From the NCBI RefSeq assembly GCF_006345805.1, contig NC_043023.1, forward strand, positions 19,282,001-19,346,000: a stretch of 64,000 nucleotides of DNA. Direction: 5' to 3'. Below, piece after piece: positions 60,901 to 64,000 of the stretch (its first letter is position 1; every line of letters starts with the position of its first letter). A program made the position numbers and the translations under genes. The notes beneath the pieces were generated by a model. That model was given only the letters and a program-made list of their open reading frames with translations, searched no databases and was not told the origin of the DNA. Source of the DNA: Octopus sinensis. Its lineage: Eukaryota.

Positions 60901-63693
60901 AATATTAAATCTACCCCAGTATATCACTGCTACTTTATTTTACCAACCCCACAACAATGAAAGGTAAAGTTAGTGTTAGTCTTCTATTATAATTCCATTG
61001 ACATCTCGGATGTTTTATAGGAATATTAAATCTACCCCAGTATATCACTGCTACTTTATTTTATCAACCCCACAACAATGAAGGTAAAGTTAGTGTTAGT
61101 CTTCTATTATAATTCCATTGACATCTTGGATGTTTTATAGGAATATTAAATCTACCCCAGTATATCACTGCTACTTTATTTTATCAACCCCACAACAATG
61201 AAAGGTAAAGTTAGTGTTAGTCTTCTATTATAATTCCATTGACATCTCGGATGTTTTATAGGAATATTAAATCTACCCCAGTATATCACTGCTACTTTAT
61301 TTTACCAACCCCACAACAATGAAAGGTAAAGTTAGTGTTAGTCTTCTATTATAATTCCATTGACATCTCGGATGTTTTATAGGAATATTAAATCTACCCC
61401 AGTATATCACTGCTACTTTATTTTATCACCCCACAACAATGAAGGTAAAGTTAGTGTGAGTCTTCTATTATAATTCCATTGACATCTTGGATGTTTTATA
61501 GGAATATTAAATCTACCCCAGTATATCACTGCTACTTTATTTTATCAACCCCACAACAATGAAAGGTAAAGTTAGTGTTAGTCTTCTATTATAATTCCAT
61601 TGACATCTTGGATGTTTTATAGGAAATTAAATCTACCCCAGTATATCACTGCTACTTTATTTTATCCAACCCCACAAATGAAAGGTAAAGTTAGTGTTAG
61701 TCTCTATTATAATTCCATTGACATCTCAGATGTTTTATAGGAATATTAAATCTACCCCAGTATATCACTGCTACTTTATTTTACCAACCCCACAACAATG
61801 AAAGGTAAAGTTAGTGTTAGTCTTCTATTATAATTCCATTGACATCTTGGATGTTTTATAGGAATATTAAATCTACCCCAGTATATCACTGCTACTTTAT
61901 TTTATCAACCCCACAACAATGAAAGGTAAAGTTAGTGTTAGTCTTCTATTATAATTCCATTGACATCTTGGATGTTTTATAGGAATATTAATCTACCCCA
62001 GTATATCACTGCTACTTTATTTTATCAACCCCACAACAATGAAAGGTAAAGTTAGTGTTAGTCTTCTATTATAATTCCATTGACATCTCGGATGTTTTAT
62101 AGAATATTAAATCTACCCCAGTATATCACTGCTACTTTATTTTACCAACCCCACAACAATGAAAGGTAAAGTTAGTGTTAGTCTTCTATTATAATTCCAT
62201 TGACATCTCGGATGTTTTATAGGAATATTAAATCTACCCCAGTATATCACTGCTACTTTATTTTATCAACCCACAACAATGAAAGGTAAAGTTAGTGTGA
62301 GTCTTCTATTATAATTCCATTGACATCTTGGATGTTTTATAGGAATATTAAATCTACCCCAGTATATCACTGCTACTTTATTTTATCAACCCCACAACAA
62401 TGAAAGGTAAAGTTAGTGTTAGTCTTCTATTATAATTCCATTGACATCTTGGATGTTTTATAGGAATATTAAATCTACCCCAGTATATCACTGCTACTTT
62501 ATTTTATCAACCCCACAACAATGAAAGGTAAAGTTAGTGTTAGTCTTCTATTATAATTCCATTGACATCTTGGATGTTTTATAGGAATATTAAATCTACC
62601 CCAGTATATCACTGCTACTTTATTTATATCAACCCCACAACAATGAAAGGTAAAGTTAGTGTTAGTCTCTATTATAATTCCATTGACATCTCGGATGTTT
62701 TATAGGAATATTAAATCTACCCCCAGTATATCACTGCTACTTTATTTTATCCACCCCACAACAATGAAAGGTAAAGTTAGTGTCAGTCTTCTATTATAAT
62801 TCCATTGACATCTCGGATGTTTTATAGGAATATTAAATCTACCCCAGTATATCACTGCTACTTTATTTTATCCACCCCACAACAATGAAAGGTAAAGTTA
62901 GTGTCAGTCTTCTATTATAATTCCATTGACATCTCGGATGTTTTATAGGAATATTAAATCTACCCCAGTATATCACTGCTACTTTATTTTATCAACCCCA
63001 CAACAATGAAAGGTAAAGTTAGTGTTAGTCTTCTATTATAATTCCATTGACATCTTGGATGTTTTATAGAATATTAAATCTACCCCAGTATATCACTGCT
63101 ACTTTATTTTATCAACCCCACAACAATGAAAGGTAAAGTTAGTGTTAGTCTTCTATTATAATTCCATTGACATCTTGGATGTTTTATAGGAATATTAAAT
63201 CTACCCCAGTATATCACTGCTACTTTATTTTATCACCCCACAACAATGAAAGGTAAAGTTAGTGTTAGTCTTCTATTATAATTCCATTGACATCTCGGAT
63301 GTTTTATAGGAATATTAAATCTACCCCAGTATATCACTGCTACTTTATTTTACCAACCCCACAACAATGAAAGGTAAAGTTAGTGTTAGTCTTCTATTAT
63401 AATTCCATTGACATCTCGGATGTTTTATAGGAATATTAAATCTACCCCAGTATATCACTGCTACTTTATTTTATCCACCCCACAACAATGAAAGGTAAAG
63501 TTAGTGTCAGTCTTCTATTATAATTCCATTGACATCTCGGATGTTTTATAGGAATATTAAATCTACCCCAGTATATCACTGCTACTTTATTTTATCCACC
63601 CCACAACAATGAAAGGTAAAGTTAGTGTTAGTCTTCTATTATAATAGGAATATTTAATCTACCCCAGTATATCACTGCTACTTTATCAACCCC
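57935..63693. repeat. 121-bp satellite array 3 (~47 monomers), inside a CPSF6 intron
   Basis: Same monomer; period checked (aatg at 59029 and 59150). It starts ~140 bp from the 57793 acceptor. Confidence 0.97.
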
Positions 63694-64000
63694 AGAAGGA
63701 CAATAGTGTCCAAAGATACAACTCCAAGAATGGGAATGGAACCCATCATTTCTTGAACGAGTTTAGTTACCTAACCACTGTGGCATGCATCATCTCATCC
63801 CTTTTGTAGCAAACCACCCATTAAGTGTTAACTTAGTAGAGGAGGAGTAAGGGACGAAGAAGGGGAAGGAAGAAAGGAAAAAAAAAAAGAATGAGAAAAA
63901 GGAAGAAGAGAAACAGGAAGAATAGGAATGAAAAGGAAATAAAGGAAAGAGGAAAAAATAAAAGAGAAACGGAAAATAAGGAGAGGAAAATAATGTGGAG

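Overview
AT-rich, repeat-dominated animal genomic DNA. It is most likely octopus (inferred from the tRNA-derived SINE families and the dense CA/TA/TAA microsatellites). The only protein-coding sequence I can support is the last two coding exons of CPSF6/CFIm68 on the minus strand (57645-57792 and 54776-54971), which splice in frame to give the conserved C-terminal helical domain plus the RS/RD/RE tail. The rest of the gene lies beyond 64000. Almost all other ORFs in the track are microsatellite or repeat artefacts. The remainder is intron or putative multi-exon 3' UTR filled with: three SINE-like families; TTAA-bounded piggyBac-type MITEs, including composite dimers and trimers; three same-orientation arrays of a 121-bp satellite; a GC-rich structured element; and minisatellites. 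The main leads are: (i) a type I hammerhead ribozyme motif at 7257-7337; (ii) the 121-bp satellite is about half derived from a SINE core, and each monomer carries AATAAA plus branchpoint-like motifs on the CPSF6 sense strand, in about 47 copies in the intron just upstream of the penultimate coding exon; (iii) a ~1.4-kb foldback with matched inner and outer ends at 14333-15760; (iv) a candidate intron 67 nt after the CPSF6 stop codon, which suggests NMD or alternative-polyadenylation feedback; (v) a 26-bp minisatellite that records CpG decay. All coordinates, copy numbers and identities are hand counts. Repeat boundaries are approximate, and no database searches were possible.
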